Origin: Nautiliaceae bacterium
GTDB lineage: Bacteria > Campylobacterota > Campylobacteria > Campylobacterales > Nautiliaceae
DNA length: 64,000 nt
Direction of reading: 5' to 3'
Assembly (NCBI GenBank): GCA_039831155.1
Contig: JBDONT010000026.1
Span: 1-64,000, forward strand
The notes below the pieces were generated by a model that was not told the origin of the DNA, ran no database searches, and worked only from the letters and a program-made list of their open reading frames with translations. Made by a program: the position numbers and the translations under genes. Shown here in pieces: positions 8,771 to 18,177 of the stretch; positions within the stretch are counted from its first letter, which is position 1; each line of letters begins with the position of its first letter.

Positions 8771-10345
8771 ATGATTGATTTGAGCATGCTTGAATGGGCT
8801 AGAGCCCAGTTTGCTATGACGGCAATCTTCCACTTTTTCTTCGTACCGTTTACGCTAGGTATGTCTTTTATTGTAGCGTTTTTTGAGACTATCTACGTAA
8901 AAACCGGTAAGAAAGAATGGAAAGAAATTACTCAATTTTGGCAATTAATCTTCGGTATTAACTTTGCTATTGGTTTATCTACAGGTATTATTCACGAATT
9001 TGAATTTGGGACAAACTGGTCAACTTATTCATGGGTTGTTGGTGACTTATTCGGAGCACCACTTGCAGTTGAAGGTATAGCTGCGTTCTTTATGGAAGCA
9101 ACATTTGCGGCAATCGCATTCTTCGGATGGAAAAGAGTTAGCCCTAAAGTTCACTTAGCGGCATCTTGGCTACTTGCGATTGGTTCAAACCTTTCAGCAC
9201 TTTGGATTTTGATTGCAAACGGATTTATGCAACATCCAAGTACTGATTTCGGTACATTCAACATCGATACTGCTAGACTTGAAATGACAAACTTCCTTGC
9301 ATTAATCACTCAACCGGTTGCACAAGTAAAATTCTTACATACAATTAGTGCATCTTATACACTTGCATCACTATTTGTTTTAGGTATTTCTTCACTTTAC
9401 TTATTAAGGAAAAAACACGTTGAATTTGCCAAAAAATCTGCAACTGTTGCAGCGGCATTCGGTCTTATCGCTTCAATTTTTACAGCGGTAATCGGAGACG
9501 AACACGCTTATGAAGTTGCAAATACTCAACCTACAAAAATCGCTTCGGCAGAAGGTTTAATTGTTGGTGAGAGAGGAGCACCTATTGTCGCTATCGGTAT
9601 TCCTAAAGATTTAGACCCTACAAAAGTTACAAGTAACGACGAAGCTTTCGTATTTAAAATCGAACTTCCAAAAATGTTATCACTTCTTGGAAAAAGAGAC
9701 CCTAACGCATTCGTACCTGGATTAAAAGACTTAGTTGAAGGTAATCCTGAATACGGTATTTGGCCGTTTAAAAAACTTCACGAAGAAGGTGCAAAAGCTA
9801 TTGAAGCACTAAAAGCTTATCACGTAGCAAAAGCTAACGGCGACACAGCCGGAATGGAAAAAGCAAAAGCTGAATTCTATAAAGTTGTAGCTAATGTTGA
9901 CGGTGTTAAAGTTACAAGAGCTGATTTAATGGGTTATGGTTATTTAACTAATGCTAAAGACCTATATCCACCAGTATCACCAGTATTCTATTCATTCCAT
10001 ATTATGGTTGCACTAGGATTTTGGTTTATCTTAATATTTGCTTTAGCGTACGCTTCTATTATGAAAGGTACTTTCGAAAACAATACACTTGTTCAAAAAT
10101 TTGCAGTTATTTCAGTACCATTACCATGGATTGCAACAAGCTTTGGATGGATGACTGCAGAAGTAGGAAGACAACCTTGGACGGTATTCGGTGTTCTACC
10201 TACAGTTCATTCGGTAACTCCTATTGCATTAACAAACGTTCAAGCGACATTCTTTATGTTCTTAACAGCATTCGTTATCTTAGGAATTGCTGAACTTAAA
10301 ATCCTATTTACGGTCGTTAAACACGGACCAAAAGGAGCACACTAA
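8771..10345 (+). CDS. cydA: Cytochrome bd oxidase subunit I
   Basis: R.QFA.T..FH, EFEFGTNW, long Q-loop and AEVGRQPW. Confidence 0.96.
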   Translation: MIDLSMLEWARAQFAMTAIFHFFFVPFTLGMSFIVAFFETIYVKTGKKEWKEITQFWQLIFGINFAIGLSTGIIHEFEFGTNWSTYSWVVGDLFGAPLAVEGIAAFFMEATFAAIAFFGWKRVSPKVHLAASWLLAIGSNLSALWILIANGFMQHPSTDFGTFNIDTARLEMTNFLALITQPVAQVKFLHTISASYTLASLFVLGISSLYLLRKKHVEFAKKSATVAAAFGLIASIFTAVIGDEHAYEVANTQPTKIASAEGLIVGERGAPIVAIGIPKDLDPTKVTSNDEAFVFKIELPKMLSLLGKRDPNAFVPGLKDLVEGNPEYGIWPFKKLHEEGAKAIEALKAYHVAKANGDTAGMEKAKAEFYKVVANVDGVKVTRADLMGYGYLTNAKDLYPPVSPVFYSFHIMVALGFWFILIFALAYASIMKGTFENNTLVQKFAVISVPLPWIATSFGWMTAEVGRQPWTVFGVLPTVHSVTPIALTNVQATFFMFLTAFVILGIAELKILFTVVKHGPKGAH

Positions 10346-11538
10346 TGAATTGGGCACCATTTACAGTGGACGCAACACATTTTTATCTACAAGTTTATTG
10401 GTGGATAATCATTGCGGTTCTTGGAGGACTATTTTTATTTATGACATTCGTTCAAGGTGGACAAACACTATTTCACGTTGCAAAAACGGAAAAAGAACAA
10501 CAAGGTATCTTAAATTCTCTCGGTAGAAAATGGGAACTTACATTTACGACTTTAGTACTATTCGGTGGGGCGTTATATGCGGCTTTCCCACTATTTTATT
10601 CAGTTTCATTCGGTGGAGCGTACTGGGTATGGATGTTAATTCTATTCGCATTCGTACTTCAAGCAGTTTCATATGAATATATGAACAGAAAAGGGAACCT
10701 AATCGGTTCCGGAGCGTATAAATTCTTCTTATACTTTAACGGTATTGTGGGAGTTGTTTTATTTGGTGCGGCAATTGGTACATTCTTTACAGGTTCAAAC
10801 TTTACATTTAACTCTGCTACAAAAATTTTAGAGTGGGGTACTGCAAAAGACGGAATCAACTTAAGAGGTCTTGAGGCTGCAATCGACTTTAAACACGGAG
10901 CATGGTTTAACCTTGCAATGGGTATTTTAGTATTTGCAGTAGCAAGAATCTTAGGGGCATTATGGTTAATCAACGACTTAGACGATAATGATTTTGCAGA
11001 CGTAATAAATAGACTTAGAGCAATAATTAGAAGATGTTTTATCGTACTTCTTGTTGCTTTAGTAGTTGTATTATATGGATTAGTAACTCTAAAAGGTTAC
11101 GCTTATGATATTCACACTGGAAAAGTAACACTAGAACCGGGTAAATATCTACACAACTTATTAGCATTCGGTGCGGCTCAATTAATTGTTTTCTTATTAG
11201 GAGTGGTACTATTTGTAATCGGTGTATTACAAAGCGGATTTAAAAATTCTAAAAAAGGTATCTGGGCTGCCGGTCTTGGTACTGTTTTAATCGGAATTAT
11301 CGTATTTACATTAGCTGGACTTAACGGAACGGCTTATTATCCAAGTTATGCTGATTTACAAAGCAGCTTAACAATTCAAAACAGTTCCGGTTCTAAATAT
11401 ACTCTAGCGGTTATGGCTTGGATTAGCGTATCTGTTCCTTTTGTTTTAGCTTACATCGTATACGTTTGGTATCAAATGAAAAAAGCGGGTCCTATTACAA
11501 AAGCTGAACTTGAAGACCCAGAATCTCATGCATATTAA
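10345..11538 (+). CDS. cydB: Cytochrome bd oxidase subunit II
   Basis: GRKWE.TFTTLV.FGGA..AAFP, SLTI.NSS.S..TL and C-terminal Y. Confidence 0.93.
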   Translation: MNWAPFTVDATHFYLQVYWWIIIAVLGGLFLFMTFVQGGQTLFHVAKTEKEQQGILNSLGRKWELTFTTLVLFGGALYAAFPLFYSVSFGGAYWVWMLILFAFVLQAVSYEYMNRKGNLIGSGAYKFFLYFNGIVGVVLFGAAIGTFFTGSNFTFNSATKILEWGTAKDGINLRGLEAAIDFKHGAWFNLAMGILVFAVARILGALWLINDLDDNDFADVINRLRAIIRRCFIVLLVALVVVLYGLVTLKGYAYDIHTGKVTLEPGKYLHNLLAFGAAQLIVFLLGVVLFVIGVLQSGFKNSKKGIWAAGLGTVLIGIIVFTLAGLNGTAYYPSYADLQSSLTIQNSSGSKYTLAVMAWISVSVPFVLAYIVYVWYQMKKAGPITKAELEDPESHAY

Positions 11539-11547
11539 GGAGCGAAT

Positions 11548-11760
11548 ATGAGAAAATTTTTAGCACTAATTATGATATTTCTTGGAAGCTTTCTTTTCGC
11601 TTCTGAGAAACTTTTACCAAACGGTATTAATCCGGAAGCTCAACACATTAACACAACTTGGGGATTAATTCTATTTTTTATGTGGCCGATTTTAATTATC
11701 GTTTCATATAAATTTATCGAATTCACACTTAAAAAATCAGGAGTGGAAAAAGATTTATAA
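11548..11760 (+). CDS. Small membrane protein, last gene of cyd operon
   Basis: AAGGAG RBS, 9 bp after cydB; two hydrophobic segments. Confidence 0.65.
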   Translation: MRKFLALIMIFLGSFLFASEKLLPNGINPEAQHINTTWGLILFFMWPILIIVSYKFIEFTLKKSGVEKDL

Positions 11761-11851
11761 TTTCTCTCCTTTTTCTTCCTAATCGTTTTTCCTATGTAAA
11801 TTTTTTGTTATAATTTTATTCCAATCAACCACATTTATCGAGGAGAAATTT

Positions 11852-13429
11852 ATGATAAAAGAGTTAGAAAAAATCGGAATTAACACTAAAAACGTTATTC
11901 ATAATCCCAGTTATGACAAAATAATAGAAGACACTTTAAAAAAAGGTGAAGTAGAGGTAACTAAAAGTGGGGCAACTGCTGTTGATACGGGAGAATTTAC
12001 GGGAAGAAGCCCAAAAGATAAATATTTTGTAAAACAACCTCCTAGTGAAAATTTCATAGCATGGGGCGATATTAACCAACCTATCTCACTTAATACTTTC
12101 AAAAAACTTGAAGCTTTCACAAAAGAAGAACTTTCAAAAAATGATGAGCTATATGTTATAGACGTATTCGTAGGTGCTAGTAAGGAGAGTAGAAGAAGTA
12201 TAAGATTTGTAACTCCTATAGCTTGGCAGGCACATTTTGTAATGAATATGTTTATTTTACCTACAGAAGAAGAGCTTAAAAACTTTAAACCGGATTTTAC
12301 GTTTTTAGTAGGTGGTAAAGCAAGATATCTTAAATGGCAAGAAGAGGGACTTAATAGTGATATATTCGTAGCATTCAATATAGAAGATAATCTTGCCGTT
12401 ATGAGTGGAACAATGTATGGTGGTGAAATGAAAAAAGGTATATTTACTATGATGAACTATTGGCTGCCTCTTGAAGGTAAACTTTCAATGCATTGTTCTG
12501 CAAACGTTGGAGAAAAAGGCGATGTTGCACTTTTCTTCGGACTTAGTGGAACAGGTAAAACCACTCTATCAACAGACCCTAAAAGAAAGCTTATCGGTGA
12601 TGACGAACACGGATGGGATGACAAGGGAGTATTTAACTTTGAGGGTGGATGTTATGCAAAAGTAATTAACCTGGATAAAGATAGCGAACCGGAAATTTAC
12701 AACGCAATTAGAAGAAACGCGTTACTTGAAAATGTAGTAATTAAAGACAACGGAGAAGTAGACTTTACAGACGGTAGCAAAACTGAAAACACAAGAGTAA
12801 GTTATCCAATCGAACATATTGAAAATCACGAATGCACACTTCAAGGTGGACATCCTAAAAATATTATTTTCTTAAGTGCCGATGCATTCGGAGTATTGCC
12901 ACCGGTAAGTAAACTTACAAAAGAACAGGCAATGTACTATTTCCTAAGTGGATACACTGCAAAAGTAGCAGGAACCGAAAGAGGTATTACAGAACCGGTT
13001 GCAACATTTAGTGCGTGTTTTGGTGAGCCTTTCTTACCGCTTCATCCGACGGTTTATGCAAAACTTCTTGGAGAAAAAATCGATAAACACGAAGTAAACG
13101 TTTATCTTGTAAATACAGGATGGACCGGTGGACCTTATGGGGTTGGTAAAAGAATGAGTATTAAAGATACGAGAGCTTGTATTAACGCTATACTTGACGG
13201 AAGTATAAACGAAGCAGAATTTGAAACTCTACCGGTATTTGATTTGGAAATTCCAAAAGAACTTCCGGGAGTTGATACAAGAGTTTTAAATCCTAGAAAT
13301 ACGTGGGAAGATAAAAATGCATATGATAAGCAACTTAAAAAACTTGCCGAAATGTTTATAGAAAACTTCAAACGCTACGAAGATGTACCGGAAGGTAAAG
13401 AGTTCGAAAAGGCAGGTCCTAAAATTTAA
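11852..13429 (+). CDS. pckA: PEP carboxykinase (ATP)
   Basis: [27 protein letters not shown] and NFEGGCYAK motifs. Confidence 0.97.
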   Translation: MIKELEKIGINTKNVIHNPSYDKIIEDTLKKGEVEVTKSGATAVDTGEFTGRSPKDKYFVKQPPSENFIAWGDINQPISLNTFKKLEAFTKEELSKNDELYVIDVFVGASKESRRSIRFVTPIAWQAHFVMNMFILPTEEELKNFKPDFTFLVGGKARYLKWQEEGLNSDIFVAFNIEDNLAVMSGTMYGGEMKKGIFTMMNYWLPLEGKLSMHCSANVGEKGDVALFFGLSGTGKTTLSTDPKRKLIGDDEHGWDDKGVFNFEGGCYAKVINLDKDSEPEIYNAIRRNALLENVVIKDNGEVDFTDGSKTENTRVSYPIEHIENHECTLQGGHPKNIIFLSADAFGVLPPVSKLTKEQAMYYFLSGYTAKVAGTERGITEPVATFSACFGEPFLPLHPTVYAKLLGEKIDKHEVNVYLVNTGWTGGPYGVGKRMSIKDTRACINAILDGSINEAEFETLPVFDLEIPKELPGVDTRVLNPRNTWEDKNAYDKQLKKLAEMFIENFKRYEDVPEGKEFEKAGPKI

Positions 13430-13437
13430 ACAAGGCT

Positions 13438-14652
13438 TTAAATTTTGCCTTGTTTAATTGCATAAAAATATTTTTTTAATCTGCTGTAAACTTTTTGTAA
13501 ATAGTTTCTTGCTTCTTCATATCTTAAATTGTTAATCAATTTTTTATAAACCTCTTTTGAAGATAGAGAGTTTATTTTCGGTAAAGCTTTTTTGATTGAG
13601 TAATCGCCTCTCACTCTATAACAAATAGTATTTCCTTTAAAATCTTTGTTGTTTGAATTAAAAGCACAGGCAACGTTTCCCGACCCCGTATTATAAGCGG
13701 CTATAGTTAAATATAGTCTGCTCATTTTGTTTTTAACTCCTCTAAAATATATATAATATAGTTTTTTTAGATAAGCGGTTCCGATTAAGATGTTATTGTT
13801 TTCGTTATATAGGTAAGAAGGCGTTAAAAGTTTTGGAGTACCGTATAGCATTTTATAAGCGTCTCTTCCGGCGGTTGAAGGAACTATTTGCATAAGTCCA
13901 AAAGCCGGTACGTAACTTCTAGCCATCGGGTTATAGCTGCTTTCGGTTTCAATAATTGCGTATATTAAATAAGGAGGAATTTGAAGTTTATAAGATTTTT
14001 GGGCTACTATAGGTTTTAGATTTTTAGCTTTTTTTATATAAGTGTCGCTTGGCAGAGGGATATTTATCAAATAAACTTTTGAGTTTTTTACTTTTGAGGT
14101 TCTTATATGAAAGTTTTTAAGCTTTATATGATTTTTTACGTATGAGTTTATTTGAGATTGTGAAGGAGGGGTTTTAAATATTACGTCTTTTACAATAGGT
14201 CTATTTGATAAATTCGCTCTAACCCCTATGTTTTTGAATTTTTCGTCCACTTTTTTTAATACGGGGTTGTTGTTAAAAGCCGTTTTGGTAGTTTCGGTAA
14301 CTAACGTTTTTAGGGCTTTTTTTGCTTTTTGCAACGCCTCTTGAGGTGTTATTGCGATTACTTCTATTTTTATTTTTTTGTTTTTAAAGTCTACTTCTTT
14401 TCTGGTTTTTAAATCTTTTGAATATTCTACAAATGTTTTTTTGGTTGTAAGTTTAGGTTCTTTCCAAAATTTTGAGAGGCTTTTTTTGTATTCGTTAAAT
14501 TCTTTATTTAAAGTTTCTTTATAAGCTTGAAACTCTTTTTGAAGGTTGTTTTTATGGGTATTAAACTCTTGAGTTTGATTTTTTTTGAATTCGTCAAAAG
14601 ACTGGGCATTTAAAGAAGAAAGAAGTATAAGACTTATAATTGCTCTTTTCAT
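13438..14652 (-). CDS. MltC-like lytic transglycosylase
   Basis: IIETESSYNP.ARS, GLMQI and AAYNTG; signal peptide and long N-terminal domain. Confidence 0.85.
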   Translation of the reverse strand: MKRAIISLILLSSLNAQSFDEFKKNQTQEFNTHKNNLQKEFQAYKETLNKEFNEYKKSLSKFWKEPKLTTKKTFVEYSKDLKTRKEVDFKNKKIKIEVIAITPQEALQKAKKALKTLVTETTKTAFNNNPVLKKVDEKFKNIGVRANLSNRPIVKDVIFKTPPSQSQINSYVKNHIKLKNFHIRTSKVKNSKVYLINIPLPSDTYIKKAKNLKPIVAQKSYKLQIPPYLIYAIIETESSYNPMARSYVPAFGLMQIVPSTAGRDAYKMLYGTPKLLTPSYLYNENNNILIGTAYLKKLYYIYFRGVKNKMSRLYLTIAAYNTGSGNVACAFNSNNKDFKGNTICYRVRGDYSIKKALPKINSLSSKEVYKKLINNLRYEEARNYLQKVYSRLKKYFYAIKQGKI

Positions 14653-14661
14653 ATTTTATCC

Positions 14662-15075
14662 TTAATAAGCTTCCATTAGGATGTAAAGTTTTCCGTCTTT
14701 TTTACACTCTTTTATTATTTTCGCTTTTACACTCTTACCGTTTACGGTTTGTAAAGAGTAGCTTTGATAGTTTCTATTGACTCTATTTCCGTATTTTGCC
14801 GCACTTGATGTGGAAATTGATGTAACTTTTACACCTTTTTGGTAAGCTATTTCGTTTAGGGCTTTGGAGATTGCTGATTTTCTTTGAGCGGCTTCTCCGT
14901 AGTAGTTTCTCTTTGCTATGCCAACTCCTACTATTTTATTTGGATGTTTTGATTGATATTCTAAAAAGTATTGAGGATTACATTCTTCTTTTGTTTGAAG
15001 AGGATTTATTGAGTCTAAATTAGGAGTTTGACATCCTAAAAAGATAAAAGGAAGCAAAAAAAAAAGTTTTTTCAT
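14662..15075 (-). CDS. LPP20-like lipoprotein
   Basis: Lipobox FLGC; GVGIA...A...AL.EIA...VKV.S. Confidence 0.65.
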   Translation of the reverse strand: MKKLFFLLPFIFLGCQTPNLDSINPLQTKEECNPQYFLEYQSKHPNKIVGVGIAKRNYYGEAAQRKSAISKALNEIAYQKGVKVTSISTSSAAKYGNRVNRNYQSYSLQTVNGKSVKAKIIKECKKDGKLYILMEAY

Positions 15076-15659
15076 TATTTTGCTCCACCGAATTCTTTTT
15101 CTACTGCAGAGTCTAGTTCTTCTTGAGCTTTTTTACCTAAGAATTTTTGATAAAGAGCTTTGTTGTTTTGGTATGAGATTTTAACAGCTTCTTTAACTGC
15201 TTCTTTTACTTGAGCTGTAGGCATAGAAACTTCTACGAACATTGTACCTTTTGGAGATATCCATAAATTTTCTTGTTTTGTTCCGTTTAATACTTGAGAA
15301 GCCACTTGTTTTGATACGCTTTCAGTTGCTTTGTCAAACGTTTGGTTTGCACCTGTACCGGTAGTTGATTTAAATTGTTTAAACATATTTTTTACTTTAA
15401 CGGAAATTCTTTTTGCAAGTGCGTCTCTTGCCGCTTGCATTGCTTCTTCTTTTTGGAATTGAAAATCGTTACCGGCATTTTTTTGAGCAGAACCTACTGC
15501 AACTATAGCTCCTTCCATATCTTCTGGGTTGCATACCCATTTAGGTGCTTGAACTCCTTCTATTTGGCAGCTGAAACTGTTCGTTTGAGGTTGATTATTG
15601 GCACATCCACTAAACGCTACTGCTAATCCGATTCCTAAAAATAGGATATATTTTTTCAT
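15075..15659 (-). CDS. LPP20-family lipoprotein
   Basis: Lipobox FSGC; P.WV, AVGSA, A...AR..LA....VKVKN. Confidence 0.8.
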   Translation of the reverse strand: MKKYILFLGIGLAVAFSGCANNQPQTNSFSCQIEGVQAPKWVCNPEDMEGAIVAVGSAQKNAGNDFQFQKEEAMQAARDALAKRISVKVKNMFKQFKSTTGTGANQTFDKATESVSKQVASQVLNGTKQENLWISPKGTMFVEVSMPTAQVKEAVKEAVKISYQNNKALYQKFLGKKAQEELDSAVEKEFGGAK

Positions 15660-15762
15660 AATTTCTCCTTAATTTTGATTTAATTTTTGACGTTATTATA
15701 ACTAATAGAATGAATTTTTACAAATTTTTGTATAATTAGCTACTTAAAAAAAGGAGTGGAGT

Positions 15763-16284
15763 ATGAAAAAAATTTTAATGAGCACATTGTTAGGAAGTAT
15801 GCTTTTTGCTGAAAGTTTTATTAATTTAAAAATAACAAACAATACTATTATGCCTGAAGCTCAAGTTCAAATTTCTACAACTGAACCTATTTACGCAAGA
15901 GGAGGAGCTTTAATTAATGATAAAAAAGATAATTTTTATTATGTAGGTCTAAAAACGGAAGGTGAAATGATAGGTACTGATGTGCCGGTTAATTTCGGAT
16001 TGTTTGTGGATTATGTATATGTAAAGAATAATTCGGCTCTACCTATTGGTGTTAGTGCCAGCAGTTATTTAAAGGACTTTTCAGTACCTGTTTTTATAAG
16101 AGGGGAGTTTGAGTATGCTCCGAAAATTTTAAGTTTTGAAAATGCAGATAAATTTTCAAAAGTTCAAGTTGAAGCCGGTATAAGATTTATTGAAAACGGA
16201 GAAGTGTTTGCCGGATATAGAAATATAAGTTTTGATTCAAATTATAACAGTAGCTTTTATGGTGGTGTAGGGTTTGTATTTTAA
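15763..16284 (+). CDS. YfaZ-like outer-membrane beta-barrel protein
   Basis: Signal peptide; ALPIG, YAP.ILSF, GYRNI; C-terminal GVGFVF. Confidence 0.7.
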   Translation: MKKILMSTLLGSMLFAESFINLKITNNTIMPEAQVQISTTEPIYARGGALINDKKDNFYYVGLKTEGEMIGTDVPVNFGLFVDYVYVKNNSALPIGVSASSYLKDFSVPVFIRGEFEYAPKILSFENADKFSKVQVEAGIRFIENGEVFAGYRNISFDSNYNSSFYGGVGFVF

Positions 16285-16313
16285 AAAAATTGAGTGAATT
16301 TGTATAAAAGATA

Positions 16314-16342
16314 TTGACATCTCTTGCCTCATTTAATATAAT
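16314..16342 (+). promoter_or_regulatory. Consensus sigma70 promoter of DUF1931 gene
   Basis: TTGACA-17 bp-TATAAT. Confidence 0.8.
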
Positions 16343-16365
16343 TTTAAAAAACTTAAGGAGAAACT

Positions 16366-16815
16366 ATGGCAAGGGTAGTAGGATTTAAAAAAATAGAAGC
16401 AGTATTTAAAAAAGCTGCAAGTTTAGAGCTTGACAAATCAAAAGCCGATAGAATCGTAGATATTGTTGAGAAAAAATTTCACGATTTATTGTTAGTTGCA
16501 GTTGAAAAAGCCGGATATAACGGAAGAGATATTATTATGCCGGCTGATATGCCTTTAACTAAAGGATTTGAAGAGAGTATTAGAGAGTTTAAAAAACTTG
16601 AAGAGGAAGTTGATATTAAAGACGTATTACTGTTTTTAGAACAAATTCCACCTCTAAAATACCCTATTTCAAAAGAACTTGAAGAGCTTTTACCGGAATA
16701 TATCGGTGCTTTAATGTTAATCGTTGCAAGAGTTCTAAAACAACTGGGAGCTCAAAGAAAACCTAGTGTTGAAGATATCGAAAAAGCTAGCAGAATTTTA
16801 GACCTAACTTTATAA
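16366..16815 (+). CDS. DUF1931 (aq_328-like) histone-fold protein
   Basis: F..AASL.LDK, NGRDII.PADMPLTKG..ESI.EF and terminal L.L pattern. Confidence 0.82.
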   Translation: MARVVGFKKIEAVFKKAASLELDKSKADRIVDIVEKKFHDLLLVAVEKAGYNGRDIIMPADMPLTKGFEESIREFKKLEEEVDIKDVLLFLEQIPPLKYPISKELEELLPEYIGALMLIVARVLKQLGAQRKPSVEDIEKASRILDLTL

Positions 16816-16830
16816 TTAGGTCTTTTTTCT
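16800..16830 (+). terminator. Intrinsic terminator overlapping DUF1931 stop
   Basis: AGACCTAA-loop-TTAGGTCT followed by a T-run. Confidence 0.65.
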
Positions 16831-16905
16831 TCTTTTCTCTTCTAAAGTGTCCGGCTCGTTTCTTTTTCTCCTTCTATTGTATAATTGCATAAAAAAAGGG
16901 TTAAT

Positions 16906-18021
16906 ATGGATATTAAAACACCGGCTTATGTAATTGAAGAAGAACTGCTTGAAGAGAACCTAAAAATCCTTGATAAAGTTCAAAAAGAAGCAAACGCAAA
17001 AATTCTTGTAGCTCTTAAAGGTTATGCGACTTGGGCTACATTTGATTTACTTGAAAAATATCTTGCAGGGGCTACTGCAAGCGGGCTTTGGGAAGCAAAG
17101 CTTGCTCAAATGAAGCCTTGGGAAGTGCATACATACTGCCCGGCTTTTAAAGATGACGAAATTGATGAGATTGCGGATATTTCACACACTATTGTATTTA
17201 ACAGCTTTAATCAGCTTGAAAGATTTGAGACAAAAGTAAAAGATAAAGCGTTAATCGGACTTAGGGTAAATCCGGAAGTTTCATCGGCTCCTGTGGCACT
17301 TTATGACCCGTGTGCTATTTATTCAAGACTTGGAATTACAAAAGAAAATTTTAAAGCTGATAAACTAAAAAACATTTCAGGTCTTCACTTTCACGCACTT
17401 TGTGAGCAGCTTGATGATGCGTTAGAGAAAGTATTGGAAGGATTTGAGAAGAATTTCGGTGAATATCTTAAAGATATGGAGTGGGTAAATTTTGGTGGAG
17501 GTCATCATATAACTCGCCCGGGTTATAACGTAGAAAACTTAATCAAGATTATAAAAGAGTTTAGAAAGAGATATCCGAACATTAAAGACGTTTATCTTGA
17601 GCCGGGTGAGGCTGTTGGGTTAAATGCCGGGTATTTGGTGGCTGAGGTTTTAGATATTGTCGATAACGGGATGAAAATAGCAATCCTTGATACAAGTGCA
17701 GAAGCTCATATGCCAGATGTACTTGCTATGCCGTATCGCCCAAATGTAAGGGGGGCTGGAAAACCGGGCGAGAAACCTTATACTTACAGACTTGGAGGAG
17801 TTACTTGTCTTGCAGGTGATGTTATAGGGGATTATAGTTTTGATAAGCCTTTAAAAGTCGGAAATAAAATAATTTTTGAAGATATGGCGATTTATACAAT
17901 GGTAAAAAATACTGCATTTAATGGAATTAAACTCCCAAGTATCGTTATTAAAAGAAAAGACGGAACTTTTTGGGTTGCAAGAGAATTTCATTTTGAAGAT
18001 TTTAGAAATAGATTAAGCTGA
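16906..18021 (+). CDS. nspC: Carboxynorspermidine decarboxylase
   Basis: TPAYV, ALKG, YDPC, GLHFHALCEQ, NFGGGHH, EPGEA, HMPDVL.MPY and CLAGD motifs. Confidence 0.93.
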   Translation: MDIKTPAYVIEEELLEENLKILDKVQKEANAKILVALKGYATWATFDLLEKYLAGATASGLWEAKLAQMKPWEVHTYCPAFKDDEIDEIADISHTIVFNSFNQLERFETKVKDKALIGLRVNPEVSSAPVALYDPCAIYSRLGITKENFKADKLKNISGLHFHALCEQLDDALEKVLEGFEKNFGEYLKDMEWVNFGGGHHITRPGYNVENLIKIIKEFRKRYPNIKDVYLEPGEAVGLNAGYLVAEVLDIVDNGMKIAILDTSAEAHMPDVLAMPYRPNVRGAGKPGEKPYTYRLGGVTCLAGDVIGDYSFDKPLKVGNKIIFEDMAIYTMVKNTAFNGIKLPSIVIKRKDGTFWVAREFHFEDFRNRLS

Positions 18022-18033
18022 TAACTTTTATAT

Positions 18034-18068
18034 TTATAAACAAACGCTTTTATAGCGTTTGTTTATAA
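18034..18068. repeat. Perfect 15-bp inverted repeat (terminator or protein site)
   Basis: TTATAAACAAACGCT-tttat-AGCGTTTGTTTATAA just after the nspC stop. Confidence 0.75.
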
Positions 18069-18177
18069 CTTCGCAAAACCTTTTAAAACTTTAAGCAAAC
18101 TTTAAGAAATTTAATATTTTTAATCGTTTTTTAACCCTAATTATATATACTGCTAAAGGGATTTTAACTTTTAAGGA

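Noticed and set aside
16134-16161. TTTTGAAAAT-N8-ATTTTCAAAA as a difH site
   Set aside because: The spacer is longer than the 6-bp core I expect for dif sites, and it lies within a CDS in AT-rich DNA.
16840-16870. AAAGTGTCC segment as an IS-end remnant
   Set aside because: Too short, with no partner repeat or transposase.
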